From positions 879 to 64,878 of the forward strand of contig JAAYXE010000093.1 of NCBI GenBank assembly GCA_012516075.1: a stretch of DNA of 64,000 nucleotides, written 5' to 3'. Both the position numbers and the translations under genes were made by a program. The notes under the pieces were generated by a model. The model saw only the letters and a program-made list of their open reading frames with translations. It was not told where the DNA came from and did not search any database. Of the stretch, positions 9,757 through 17,826 are shown piece by piece; positions within the stretch are counted from its first letter, which is position 1, and every line of letters starts with the position of its first letter. Origin of the DNA: Chloroflexota bacterium (GTDB taxonomy: Bacteria > Chloroflexota > Anaerolineae > Anaerolineales > UBA4823).

Positions 9757-9932
9757 TCGAATGGAATCCTCTCCCGTTTCAGAATTCACAGCAAGCCAAC
9801 CGGCCCGCGCGGCGGCAGAAATGCCCGCAGTGAACGCCAGGCATGCCCCGCGCTGGAGATAATGTACCAAATACAGTCCAAATTGTCATCCATCATTGCG
9901 ACGCAAAGGAGCGAATCTTGTGTAGCCCGGAC

Positions 9933-9952
9933 GGGTGATTTTGAGATCACCC
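9933..9952. promoter_or_regulatory. Palindrome GGGTGAT-N6-ATCACCC in the divergent region between the oxidase operon and gene 10044
   Basis: Perfect 7-bp inverted arms with a 6-nt spacer, extended by outer CCGGAC / GTCCGG complementarity. Confidence 0.4.
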
Positions 9953-10043
9953 GCCGGTCGTCCGGCCCTCTGTCATCAGATGCTACTCCGGGCCCTGTGG
10001 TATATTCGGGTTGATCACGCAGCAGATTGAGAGACATCAGGCG

Positions 10044-10898
10044 ATGAAATCTTTAACGATTGAAAAGATCCAGGCATACCGTGAAGACACATTTCGCCTC
10101 CGAACGGGCAGGAAGGTTACCAGCCTGGAGCAGGCGATCGAATTCGTCAACGAACGTGGTTACATCTTTTTCTGGCCCATCCGCGAGGTAACCTTCCCCA
10201 GCCTGTGGGTCGCTACCGCCGGTGACCGCCCGGTCGCCGACGCACACGACGACCCGGGTCACGTCACCTGGGGTTGGAAGGATGAGCTTCTGGGGAAGCG
10301 CCGCTGGTACTACGCCAAAGTCCTGCGCAAGCGCGCCACGATCATTTCCCTGGAAATCGCCCCCTATTTCTATGCTCTCTCCGAAAACTACGGTTCGATT
10401 GAAGACGACTATCTCACCCTCTACGAGCAGGGCCTGCTCTCTCTCGAAGCCAGAGCGATTTACGAAGCGATATTAAAGGAAGGGCCGCTGCACACCATCG
10501 ACCTGCGTAAAGCTGCCCGGCTGAGCAGCCGGGAGAGCGATTATCGTTTCAACCGGGCGCTGGTCGACCTGCAGGTCGATTTCAAGCTCCTGCCCACCGG
10601 CGTGGCGAAAGCCGGCGCGTGGAATTATGCCTTCATTTACGATATTGCTGCCCGGCACTTCCCCGATCTCCCCGACCAGGCCCAGAAAATTGGCGAGCGA
10701 GCGGCTCGCAAAAAGCTGGTGGAGCTGTTCCTCCGCTCCACGGGCGCTGCGCTGGAGGGAGAACTTCGCAAAATGTTCCCCTGGAGGCCCCGCCAGATGG
10801 ATAAGACCATTGCAGCTCTCGAAGAAGAAGGCGTGATCTGCCGCACCGCTGTTGAAAACCAGCCTGGTGCCTGGCTGGCCCTGCGGGAACTGAGCTGA
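10044..10898 (+). CDS. Hypothetical protein (possibly winged-helix, AlkZ-related-like)
   Basis: Clean ORF. The ATG at 10044 is preferred over the listed 10011. The family guess comes from memory of FWPIREVTFPSLW / WGWKDELLGKRRWYYAK-type sequences and is unverified. Confidence 0.35.
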   Translation: MKSLTIEKIQAYREDTFRLRTGRKVTSLEQAIEFVNERGYIFFWPIREVTFPSLWVATAGDRPVADAHDDPGHVTWGWKDELLGKRRWYYAKVLRKRATIISLEIAPYFYALSENYGSIEDDYLTLYEQGLLSLEARAIYEAILKEGPLHTIDLRKAARLSSRESDYRFNRALVDLQVDFKLLPTGVAKAGAWNYAFIYDIAARHFPDLPDQAQKIGERAARKKLVELFLRSTGAALEGELRKMFPWRPRQMDKTIAALEEEGVICRTAVENQPGAWLALRELS

Positions 10899-11058
10899 CT
10901 CATCTGGAGGAACAGGGGGAAATAATCTGCCCGGAAATATCCTGTATAATGAAGCAGGGGGTTACAAACCGGTGCAGTTTTAAGGTTGATCTCCCACCGT
11001 TGGCCCACCCGGGCGCTGACATCAAACAAAACGACCAGGGATACGGAGGAGTGAGGCG

Positions 11059-12096
11059 ATGTATACCGGAATAGATCAAGACCATGTAAAAGTGATGACC
11101 ATCGAGCGGCATATCCTGGAGCAGGAACGCTTCCATCCCGAGGCAACCGGCGTGCTGACCAGCCTGCTGTACGATCTGGCTCTGGCAGGCAAAATTATTG
11201 CCAGCAAAACCACGCGCGCTGGCCTGGCCGAAATCCTGGGACGGGCGGAGGAGGTCAACGTCCAGGGCGAGCAGGTGATGAAGCTCGATAAATTCGCCGA
11301 CCGCACCATCTACCGGCTTAACGACCACACCGGACGGTTGGCCGCTATGGCATCCGAAGAACATGCCGATGTGCTCGTGATTCCCGACCGCTACCCCTCC
11401 GGTAAGTACGTACTGCTCTACGATCCGCTGGACGGTTCCAGCAATATCGACTGCAATGTTCCCATTGGCACCATCTTTTCCATCTTTCGCCGCAAATCTC
11501 CTGGTGGAGAGCCTGCCTCCCTGGAGGACTGCCTGCAGCCCGGTCGCGATCTGGTCGCTGCCGGCTATATCCTGTACGGCACCAGCACCATGATGGTCTA
11601 TACGACCGGGCAGGGTGTGCACGGGTTCACCCTGGACCCCTCAGTGGGCGAGTTCCTGCTCTCACATCCCAATATCCGCATTCCTGAAAAACCCAAATAT
11701 TTCAGCGTCAACCTGGGTTACCAGATCTACTGGAGCAAAGGGGTGCAGTGCTTCACCGATTATCTGCAGGGCAAGGATGATGGCATTCAGGGCCTCTCCC
11801 TGCGCTACATCGGATCGCTGGTGGCCGATTTCCACCGCAACCTGCTCTCCGGCGGTATTTTCTATTACCCCGCCGATACACGCGATCCGAAGAAACCGCA
11901 CGGCAAGCTGCGGCTGCTGTACGAGTGCGCCCCGCTCTCCTTTATCGCCGAGCAGGCGGGAGGTAAAGGCTCGGATGGGAGACAGAATATCCTCGATATC
12001 CAGCCCGAATCGCTGCACCAGCGCTGCCCGCTGTTTATCGGGAATAAAGATCTGGTGGAAAAAGCAGAGGAAATGATCCAGAGGTACGATCCATGA
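11059..12096 (+). CDS. fbp: Fructose-1,6-bisphosphatase class 1
   Basis: It aligns by eye with Fbp: [52 protein letters not shown]. Strong GGAGGAG RBS before 11059. An alternative start is at 11095. Confidence 0.9.
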   Translation: MYTGIDQDHVKVMTIERHILEQERFHPEATGVLTSLLYDLALAGKIIASKTTRAGLAEILGRAEEVNVQGEQVMKLDKFADRTIYRLNDHTGRLAAMASEEHADVLVIPDRYPSGKYVLLYDPLDGSSNIDCNVPIGTIFSIFRRKSPGGEPASLEDCLQPGRDLVAAGYILYGTSTMMVYTTGQGVHGFTLDPSVGEFLLSHPNIRIPEKPKYFSVNLGYQIYWSKGVQCFTDYLQGKDDGIQGLSLRYIGSLVADFHRNLLSGGIFYYPADTRDPKKPHGKLRLLYECAPLSFIAEQAGGKGSDGRQNILDIQPESLHQRCPLFIGNKDLVEKAEEMIQRYDP

Positions 12097-13031
12097 TCGA
12101 AGCTGCGTTGATGATCGAAGGACAGGACGGATTGAACTGGCCGCGCTGGCAGAAAATTGCGCGCCTGGCAGAAGATCTGGGCTTTGCGGGGCTGTATCGC
12201 TCGGACCACTTTACCAACGCCGTCCCGCCCGACAAAGACTCTCTCGAACTGTGGGTCTCACTGACCTGGCTGGCCTGTAACACGCAGCGCATCGAATTCG
12301 GCCCCCTGGTCACGCCGGTCTCTTTCCGTCATCCCACACTCACAGCGCGCATGGCCGCCGCGGTGGACGACCTGTCCGGCGGCCGCCTTACCCTGGGCCT
12401 GGGTGCCGGGTGGCAGGAGCGCGAACACACCCTTTTTGGTTTTGACCTGCTGAGCATTCCCGAGCGCATGCGGCGCTTCGAAGAGGGCCTGCAGGTGATC
12501 ACCCGCCTGCTGCAGAGCGACCGGCCGGTGGATTACTCTGGCCGCTACTATCACCTTCAGGAGGCAGTCCTGCTCCCCCGCCCGCAGCGGCCGGGCGGCC
12601 CTCCCATTCTCATCGGCGGGAACGGGAAGAAATACACGCTGCCGCTCGCCGCGCGCTTCGCCCGGGAATGGAACGCCGTATTCCTGACCCCGGAGCAGTT
12701 CAGGGAGCGCAGTCTGCGGCTGGATGAGCTGCTGGAAAAGGAAGGCCGGGATCCGCACTCGCTTAACCGCTCGGTGATGGTGGGCACGGTGTTTGGCAGA
12801 GATCAGGCCGAGGTGGAGCGCCGGGTGCAGGAACGCACCGGGGGCAAAGCCGGTCCGGCTGAGCTGCGCAGTCGAGGGGTGATTGTGGGCACGGCCCCGG
12901 AGTTTATTGAACAGATCAAGCGGCTGGAGGAGGCCGGCGCACAGCGGGTCATGCTCCAGTGGCTGTATCTGGATGATCTCGAAGGGATTCAGGCCATGGC
13001 CGAATCCGTGCTGCCAGAGCTGCAGCGTTAA
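12093..13031 (+). CDS. Luciferase-like monooxygenase family, probable F420-dependent oxidoreductase
   Basis: LLM-class features ([28 protein letters not shown]). The ATGA overlap with fbp indicates co-transcription. Confidence 0.75.
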   Translation: MIEAALMIEGQDGLNWPRWQKIARLAEDLGFAGLYRSDHFTNAVPPDKDSLELWVSLTWLACNTQRIEFGPLVTPVSFRHPTLTARMAAAVDDLSGGRLTLGLGAGWQEREHTLFGFDLLSIPERMRRFEEGLQVITRLLQSDRPVDYSGRYYHLQEAVLLPRPQRPGGPPILIGGNGKKYTLPLAARFAREWNAVFLTPEQFRERSLRLDELLEKEGRDPHSLNRSVMVGTVFGRDQAEVERRVQERTGGKAGPAELRSRGVIVGTAPEFIEQIKRLEEAGAQRVMLQWLYLDDLEGIQAMAESVLPELQR

Positions 13032-13072
13032 CTGCTGGTGAATCCAGCCGGTCATACCGGATAGGGAGGCGG

Positions 13073-13852
13073 ATGGTTTTGAGACGTGATAATCCTGGCG
13101 TACCAAGAACCTTATTTTGGATCACGCTGTTATTCATTCTGCTCACCATAAGCTGCAGCTTCACCTCCAACCTGGGCGAACGGGTGGGCGGCGTGCGCGA
13201 AACTGCAGGGTCCGTGGCAACGAGTATTCAGGAAGGCCGCGACCTGCTCTCCACAGGCCAGGCCGCAGTCACGCAGCTGGCGAACAGCGAACTCGTCCAG
13301 ACCGCCATGGCGCTGGCCACTGAACAGGGCCCCAGTTTTCTGGCGACAGTCCAGGCACTGGCTACAGAACAGGGACCTTCGCTGCGGCAGACCGTCGAAG
13401 CCTTCGCGACGGACGAAGGGCCGTCCATTCGAGCCACCGTGGAGGCCTTTGCGACCGAGCAGGGACCGGGGCTTGCCAGGACCGGTGAAGCGCTCATCAC
13501 TCAGGGCCCTTCACTTGTTGAAACCGGCCAGGCTGTAGCAACGCAGGTCGCCGGCAGCAGTGGAGAGGTTCCAACCGATATCCCGCTTGTTGAAGATGAT
13601 CGCGCCGACCTGGTGGTTTCCGGAGCACTGATCTCTTATACGACCAGCATGACCTATGAGCAGGTCCTGGACTTTTACGAAACGCGCATGCCCGCCAGCG
13701 GCTGGACGAAATCCACCTCCGGTTCACTGACCGGCACAGAATCGGCGGTTCTGGTCTTTCAGAAATCATCCCGTCAGGCGACCGTCGCCATCACTGCCAT
13801 CCCCACCAGCGAACGCACCGCTGTGCTGATCAATATTCAGGGAGAAGAATAA
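13073..13852 (+). CDS. Secreted or anchored hypothetical protein with internal tandem repeats
   Basis: N-terminal hydrophobic signal-anchor (LFWITLLFILLTISC) and five A(L/F)ATEQGPSxxxTV(Q/E)-type units. The C-terminal ~90-aa globular part has no recognisable motif. Confidence 0.6.
   Translation: MVLRRDNPGVPRTLFWITLLFILLTISCSFTSNLGERVGGVRETAGSVATSIQEGRDLLSTGQAAVTQLANSELVQTAMALATEQGPSFLATVQALATEQGPSLRQTVEAFATDEGPSIRATVEAFATEQGPGLARTGEALITQGPSLVETGQAVATQVAGSSGEVPTDIPLVEDDRADLVVSGALISYTTSMTYEQVLDFYETRMPASGWTKSTSGSLTGTESAVLVFQKSSRQATVAITAIPTSERTAVLINIQGEE
13301..13546 (+). repeat. In-frame tandem repeat, about 45 nt (15 aa) period, about five copies
   Basis: ALATEQGPSFLATVQ / ALATEQGPSLRQTVE / AFATDEGPSIRATVE / AFATEQGPGLARTGE / ALITQGPSLVETGQ, read directly from the translation. 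Confidence 0.8.
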
Positions 13853-13936
13853 CACCTCCGACCCGAGGGAAAGCAGAAGGATTTTTGGAACCTTGAATTT
13901 TTTAGACTACACGAAGCACTGGAGCGGAGAAAAAAG

Positions 13937-14470
13937 ATGAACGTTTCGGATGCTGTTCAGATGAAGCGAGCCATTCGCGAGTTCAGCGACAGGCCCATCC
14001 CCCGTGAAGCTGTACTCAAAATCTTAAACGCCGGCCGCCGCGCCCAGTCGGCAAAGAATTCACAGCCCTGGCATTTTATTGCCATCCAGGATCGCAGCAC
14101 GCTGCAGGAGCTCGCCAAACTGGGCACCTGGGCCGGGCACCTGGCCGGCGCCGCCCTGGGGGTGGTATTTCTCTCTCCCCCCTTTACACAGAAGTTCTCG
14201 ATCGCCTTCGATCTCGGTCAGGCGGCTGCCTATATGCAGCTTGCCGCCTGGGAACTGGGCATTGGATCGGTCCCGGCCACGATATACGAGTGCGATAAGG
14301 CCCGCGAACTGCTGGGTTTCCCACCGGAACTGGAAACTCATCTGGCGCTTTCCTTCGGTTATCCCCGTGACCCGGGGATGCTCACCCGTCCTCCTCTGAA
14401 GGGCGGCCGCCAGCCGCTGCAGGAAGTGGTCCACTGGGAGCGCTGGGGCGGCCAGCTCTCCACCTCGTGA
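13937..14470 (+). CDS. Nitroreductase family protein
   Basis: RAIREFSDRPIP, AGRRAQSAKNSQPWHF and the family-typical length of 177 aa. Confidence 0.8.
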   Translation: MNVSDAVQMKRAIREFSDRPIPREAVLKILNAGRRAQSAKNSQPWHFIAIQDRSTLQELAKLGTWAGHLAGAALGVVFLSPPFTQKFSIAFDLGQAAAYMQLAAWELGIGSVPATIYECDKARELLGFPPELETHLALSFGYPRDPGMLTRPPLKGGRQPLQEVVHWERWGGQLSTS

Positions 14471-14477
14471 GGCCCGG

Positions 14478-15395
14478 GTGAAAGCCTTTTACAGCGACCA
14501 ATTTGTGCTCCCTCTGCCCGAAGGCCACCGCTTCCCCATGCAGAAATACGCTCTGCTGCGGGAGCGGATCATGGAGGCCGGCTTGTTCCAGGATGGTGAG
14601 CTGTGCGTGCCGCCCGCAGCACGGGATGAAGATCTGCTGCTGGTGCACACACCCGATTATGTGCACCGTGTGCAAACCGGTGCGCTGACTGCTCAGGAGA
14701 TCCGCAGGATCGGATTCCCCTGGTCACCGCAGATGGTGGAACGCTCCCGCCGTTCGGTCGGTGCGACCATTGAAGCCAGCCGGGCTGCGCTGGCTGACGG
14801 GCTGGCAGCAAACCTGGCCGGTGGAACGCACCACGCATACCCCGATCACGGAGAAGGTTTCTGCGTGTTCAACGACGTAGCCGTCGCGGCGAGGGTCATG
14901 CAGCACGAGGGCCTCGCCCGGCGTATCCTGATCATCGATACCGATGTACATCAGGGCAATGGTACCGCTGCGATCTTTGCCGGCGATGACAGTGTCTTCA
15001 CTTTCTCTATACACGGCGCTAAAAATTATCCCTTTCACAAAGAACGCAGCAGTCTGGACATTGAGCTGCCCGACGGCAGCGGGGATGAAGTCTTTCTCGA
15101 GGCGCTGCGCACAGGCCTGAACCAGGCGCTGGATGCCGCCAGAGCAGACCTGGCGTTTTACATCGCCGGGGCGGACCCGTTCTGTGAAGACCGCCTTGGC
15201 CGGCTCTCCGTGTCCAGAGATGCACTTGCCGAGCGTGATTGGATGGTTTTCGGCCGCTGCCGGGATGCCCGGCTGCCGGTGGTCACCGTGATGGGCGGCG
15301 GCTATGCCCGCAGCGTGGAGGACACGGTCGCGATCCACCTGCACACCATTCGTGCCGCAGTGCATACCAGTAAACAGATTATCCGGGAGAAGTAA
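14478..15395 (+). CDS. Histone deacetylase / acetoin utilisation (HDAC superfamily) protein
   Basis: GGTHHAYPDHGEGFCVFNDVAVA, IDTDVHQGNG and GGGY zinc/active-site motifs. GTG start. Confidence 0.85.
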   Translation: MKAFYSDQFVLPLPEGHRFPMQKYALLRERIMEAGLFQDGELCVPPAARDEDLLLVHTPDYVHRVQTGALTAQEIRRIGFPWSPQMVERSRRSVGATIEASRAALADGLAANLAGGTHHAYPDHGEGFCVFNDVAVAARVMQHEGLARRILIIDTDVHQGNGTAAIFAGDDSVFTFSIHGAKNYPFHKERSSLDIELPDGSGDEVFLEALRTGLNQALDAARADLAFYIAGADPFCEDRLGRLSVSRDALAERDWMVFGRCRDARLPVVTVMGGGYARSVEDTVAIHLHTIRAAVHTSKQIIREK

Positions 15396-15399
15396 CTTA

Positions 15400-16041
15400 A
15401 TGACCACTTATAACGTCGACCTGAGCCTGTACATCACTGACCTGTTTGTCAGGCAGGACGAGACTTTAAATGAGGTACTGCGACGTACGCCCCGCCTGGG
15501 ACTGCCGGAGATTAACGTCAAACCCGAAGAGGGGCGCTTTCTTCAGGTCCTCGTGCGCGCCATCGGGGCGCGCAAGGCGCTTGAAATCGGTACACTGGGC
15601 GGTTACAGCGGCATCTGGATCGCCCGCGGTCTGGTGGATGGGGGAAGGTTGATCACGCTGGAGAAAGAACCCCGCCGTGCGGAGATCGCCCGGGAGCATT
15701 TCGAGGCCGCAGGGGTCGCCGACCGCGTGGAGATCCGTACCGGTGATGCCCACGCGACCCTGGAAACCCTGACCGGAGAGGTGTTCGATTTCGTTTTTAT
15801 CGATGCAGAAAAAACTGGCTACCCTCATTATTATGAATGGGCGCTGCAGCATACCCGCCCGGGTGGAGTTATCGCCTGTCACAACGCTTTTCGAGGGGGA
15901 AGCGTGGCCGGTTTACGTGAGCCGGACGAGTACACCGCCATTATGCAGGAATTCAACCGCAAGGTTGCCAGTGACAGCCGGGTGCTGAGCACCATCTACC
16001 CCGCCGGGGACGGGACAGTGCTTGCTGTAAAGGTCGCCTGA
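15400..16041 (+). CDS. Class I SAM-dependent O-methyltransferase (caffeoyl-CoA OMT-like, Methyltransf_3)
   Basis: The ATG at 15400 lies just after the upstream gene's stop. ALEIGTLGGYSGIWIA SAM-binding loop and FDFVFIDAEK. The listed 15304 start overlaps the upstream gene and is unlikely. Confidence 0.8.
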   Translation: MTTYNVDLSLYITDLFVRQDETLNEVLRRTPRLGLPEINVKPEEGRFLQVLVRAIGARKALEIGTLGGYSGIWIARGLVDGGRLITLEKEPRRAEIAREHFEAAGVADRVEIRTGDAHATLETLTGEVFDFVFIDAEKTGYPHYYEWALQHTRPGGVIACHNAFRGGSVAGLREPDEYTAIMQEFNRKVASDSRVLSTIYPAGDGTVLAVKVA

Positions 16042-16148
16042 GCCCGGAGTGCAGCTTGAAATCAGACTGAAACCTTTCATTCAGGCCTGCGTAAACAGAT
16101 ATAGAAAGAAACTTTTGGGTACGGATATTACAGAGAAGGAGGTACAAA

Positions 16149-16340
16149 ATGTCTTCAGGACGCCCATTGCGCCGATCTCGTCGAAATCGCGTTATCGCCG
16201 GCGTGTGCGGGGGCCTGGGAGAATTCTTCGGGATCAGCGCCTTCTGGTTTCGGCTGGCATTCCTGATCGCACTGCTCCCTGGAGGCTTTCCCGGCATCCT
16301 CGGTTACATCTTGTTCTGGATCATCATCCCCAGCGAATAA
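16149..16340 (+). CDS. PspC domain-containing small membrane protein
   Basis: RSRRNRVIAGVCGGLGEFFGISAFWFRLAFLI is the canonical PspC motif. GAAGGAGG RBS. Confidence 0.85.
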   Translation: MSSGRPLRRSRRNRVIAGVCGGLGEFFGISAFWFRLAFLIALLPGGFPGILGYILFWIIIPSE

Positions 16341-16390
16341 CCTGCACACAGCAAGGGAGATCTGCTCTTCCCTCTTGCTGTGTGAATCAA

Positions 16391-16425
16391 AAGGCCTTCA
16401 GGGTTTTCCTGAAGGCCTATTTTTT
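16391..16425. terminator. Bidirectional terminator between the PspC gene and the convergent small ORF
   Basis: AGGCCTTCAGG / CCTGAAGGCCT stem, A-run upstream and T7 downstream. Confidence 0.8.
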
Positions 16426-16468
16426 TATACTCCCTGAATTTTTTTAGCCTGATTTTCGGTGAAATGAA

Positions 16469-16666
16469 TTAGGCACCCTGCTGGGCCGGCTCTACATGCT
16501 GGAGAGATTCTCGCAGGTTCAGCAGAATCTTCTTGCGGTTTTTCAGAAACTCTTTGAAATCGTAGCGATCGGCACGGATGATCTGAGAATGGATTTCCGA
16601 AATCGAACTCTCGAGCACTTCCATTAAAGCCTGCTGCTCTTCGGGTGAGATATCGAGCCTGTACAT
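16469..16666 (-). CDS. Small helical hypothetical protein (65 aa)
   Basis: AAAGGAGA RBS 8 nt before the ATG. Charged amphipathic helical sequence with no recognisable family. Confidence 0.55.
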   Translation of the reverse strand: MYRLDISPEEQQALMEVLESSISEIHSQIIRADRYDFKEFLKNRKKILLNLRESLQHVEPAQQGA

Positions 16667-17206
16667 AGAATCATCTCCTTTTGACCCAACATCTAAATCC
16701 GCCCGGCGGCTGGGCGGCGCACCGAACGGTTAATTTGTATTTGTGTTTAAAATAACAAATGCCGACACTTTATCATACCATGGAAGGGTTAATTGCGATA
16801 GGCTGCAGGAGGTGTACTTTCACTTTTGAAAGCTGCGCACATCTCCTCTTTGGGTAAGGTGTTCCACACATCCCCATAAGAATTCAATCCAGGGGGTGAA
16901 ATTGCGCGCGCCGTAAGCAGCAGCGCTTTTCATTCGCGCAGCAGCCAGGCATCTTGAGCGGCATGCTTCGTATGCTCAGTCGAAAGACGCCCGGCTGCTG
17001 TACGATGGAAGAATCCTGGCTGCACAGTTTACTCCGCTCGCAGACGCAGTCAAAGAAGCCTGGATGTTCGGCCGAAGGAACTTGAGGGAATGGCGAGCGC
17101 GCAAATAATCCACGTCACTCTGCTCAATCCGCATCCGAGATGTGCAGAAACAACCGCGTCCCCTTCCCTGGCTTCATCTCCGATCTCAACCCCCTGAAAG
17201 TCGCAC

Positions 17207-17235
17207 TTGACAACTGGATTGCACTAATCTAGACT
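17207..17235 (+). promoter_or_regulatory. Sigma70-like promoter for the MOSC gene
   Basis: TTGACA (17207-17212), 17-nt spacer, TAGACT (17230-17235), about 90 nt upstream of the ATG at 17326. Confidence 0.6.
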
Positions 17236-17325
17236 GTGAGAGTCCGGTTTCCTCGAAATGCGGGTTTACCGGCAGCAGCGGCGAACCTGATGAAGATTGA
17301 GCGGTATCCAGGAGGGTTTTTATCA

Positions 17326-17799
17326 ATGGCCTCAATTTACAGTATCGTCATTCAACCCGAAAATATGGAATATGGTGAAGAAATCAAAGATTACATCCGG
17401 GTTTCCGTGGACGAAGCCCAGCTGGTGGCAGGACACGGTATTGCCGGCGATCAGAAAGCGGGTCGTCATCCGCGCCGCCAGGTGAACCTGCTGTCCTATG
17501 AATGGCTGGAGGAACTGGCCCCTGCCGGGTATAAAACCATGCCGGGCCAGTTTGGCGAGCAGTTGATCCTGCGCGGACTGGATGTGCTCAGTCTGAAACC
17601 GGGGGACGTCATCCGGCTGGGGGAAACGGCTGAAATCGAAATCACCAAACCGCGCACCGGGTGCACACGCCTGGAAGCCGCTCAGGAGAAACCCTGCAGG
17701 GACGTGCTCGGCCCCATCGGGATGCTGGCAAAAGTGACCCGCAGCGGTGTGATCCGCGTTGGCGATCTGGTGCGGGTGGTCGAAAAACTCCCTGCCTGA
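17326..17799 (+). CDS. MOSC domain-containing protein
   Basis: GIAGDQKAGRHPRRQVNLL and EITKPRTGCTRLE (conserved Cys) are MOSC features. ATG at 17326 with CAGGAGGG RBS. The listed 17236 start lies at the predicted promoter. Confidence 0.8.
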   Translation: MASIYSIVIQPENMEYGEEIKDYIRVSVDEAQLVAGHGIAGDQKAGRHPRRQVNLLSYEWLEELAPAGYKTMPGQFGEQLILRGLDVLSLKPGDVIRLGETAEIEITKPRTGCTRLEAAQEKPCRDVLGPIGMLAKVTRSGVIRVGDLVRVVEKLPA

Positions 17800-17826
17800 A
17801 GATACAGGACGAGAACGCCTGCATCA

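Noticed and set aside
9757-9870. Extra 38 codons at the 5' end of the 537-aa ORF (MVHYLQRGACLAFTAG..)
   Set aside because: There is no RBS and the sequence is not receiver-like. The ATG at 9756 with GGGAGAGG upstream is the more plausible start if the receiver-like segment is translated.
17236-17325. N-terminal extension of the MOSC ORF, and a possible Moco riboswitch in the 5' UTR
   Set aside because: The extension starts at the predicted promoter and has no RBS. The ~90-nt leader is too short and lacks the conserved Moco-motif blocks as far as I can recall them. I cannot support a riboswitch call.
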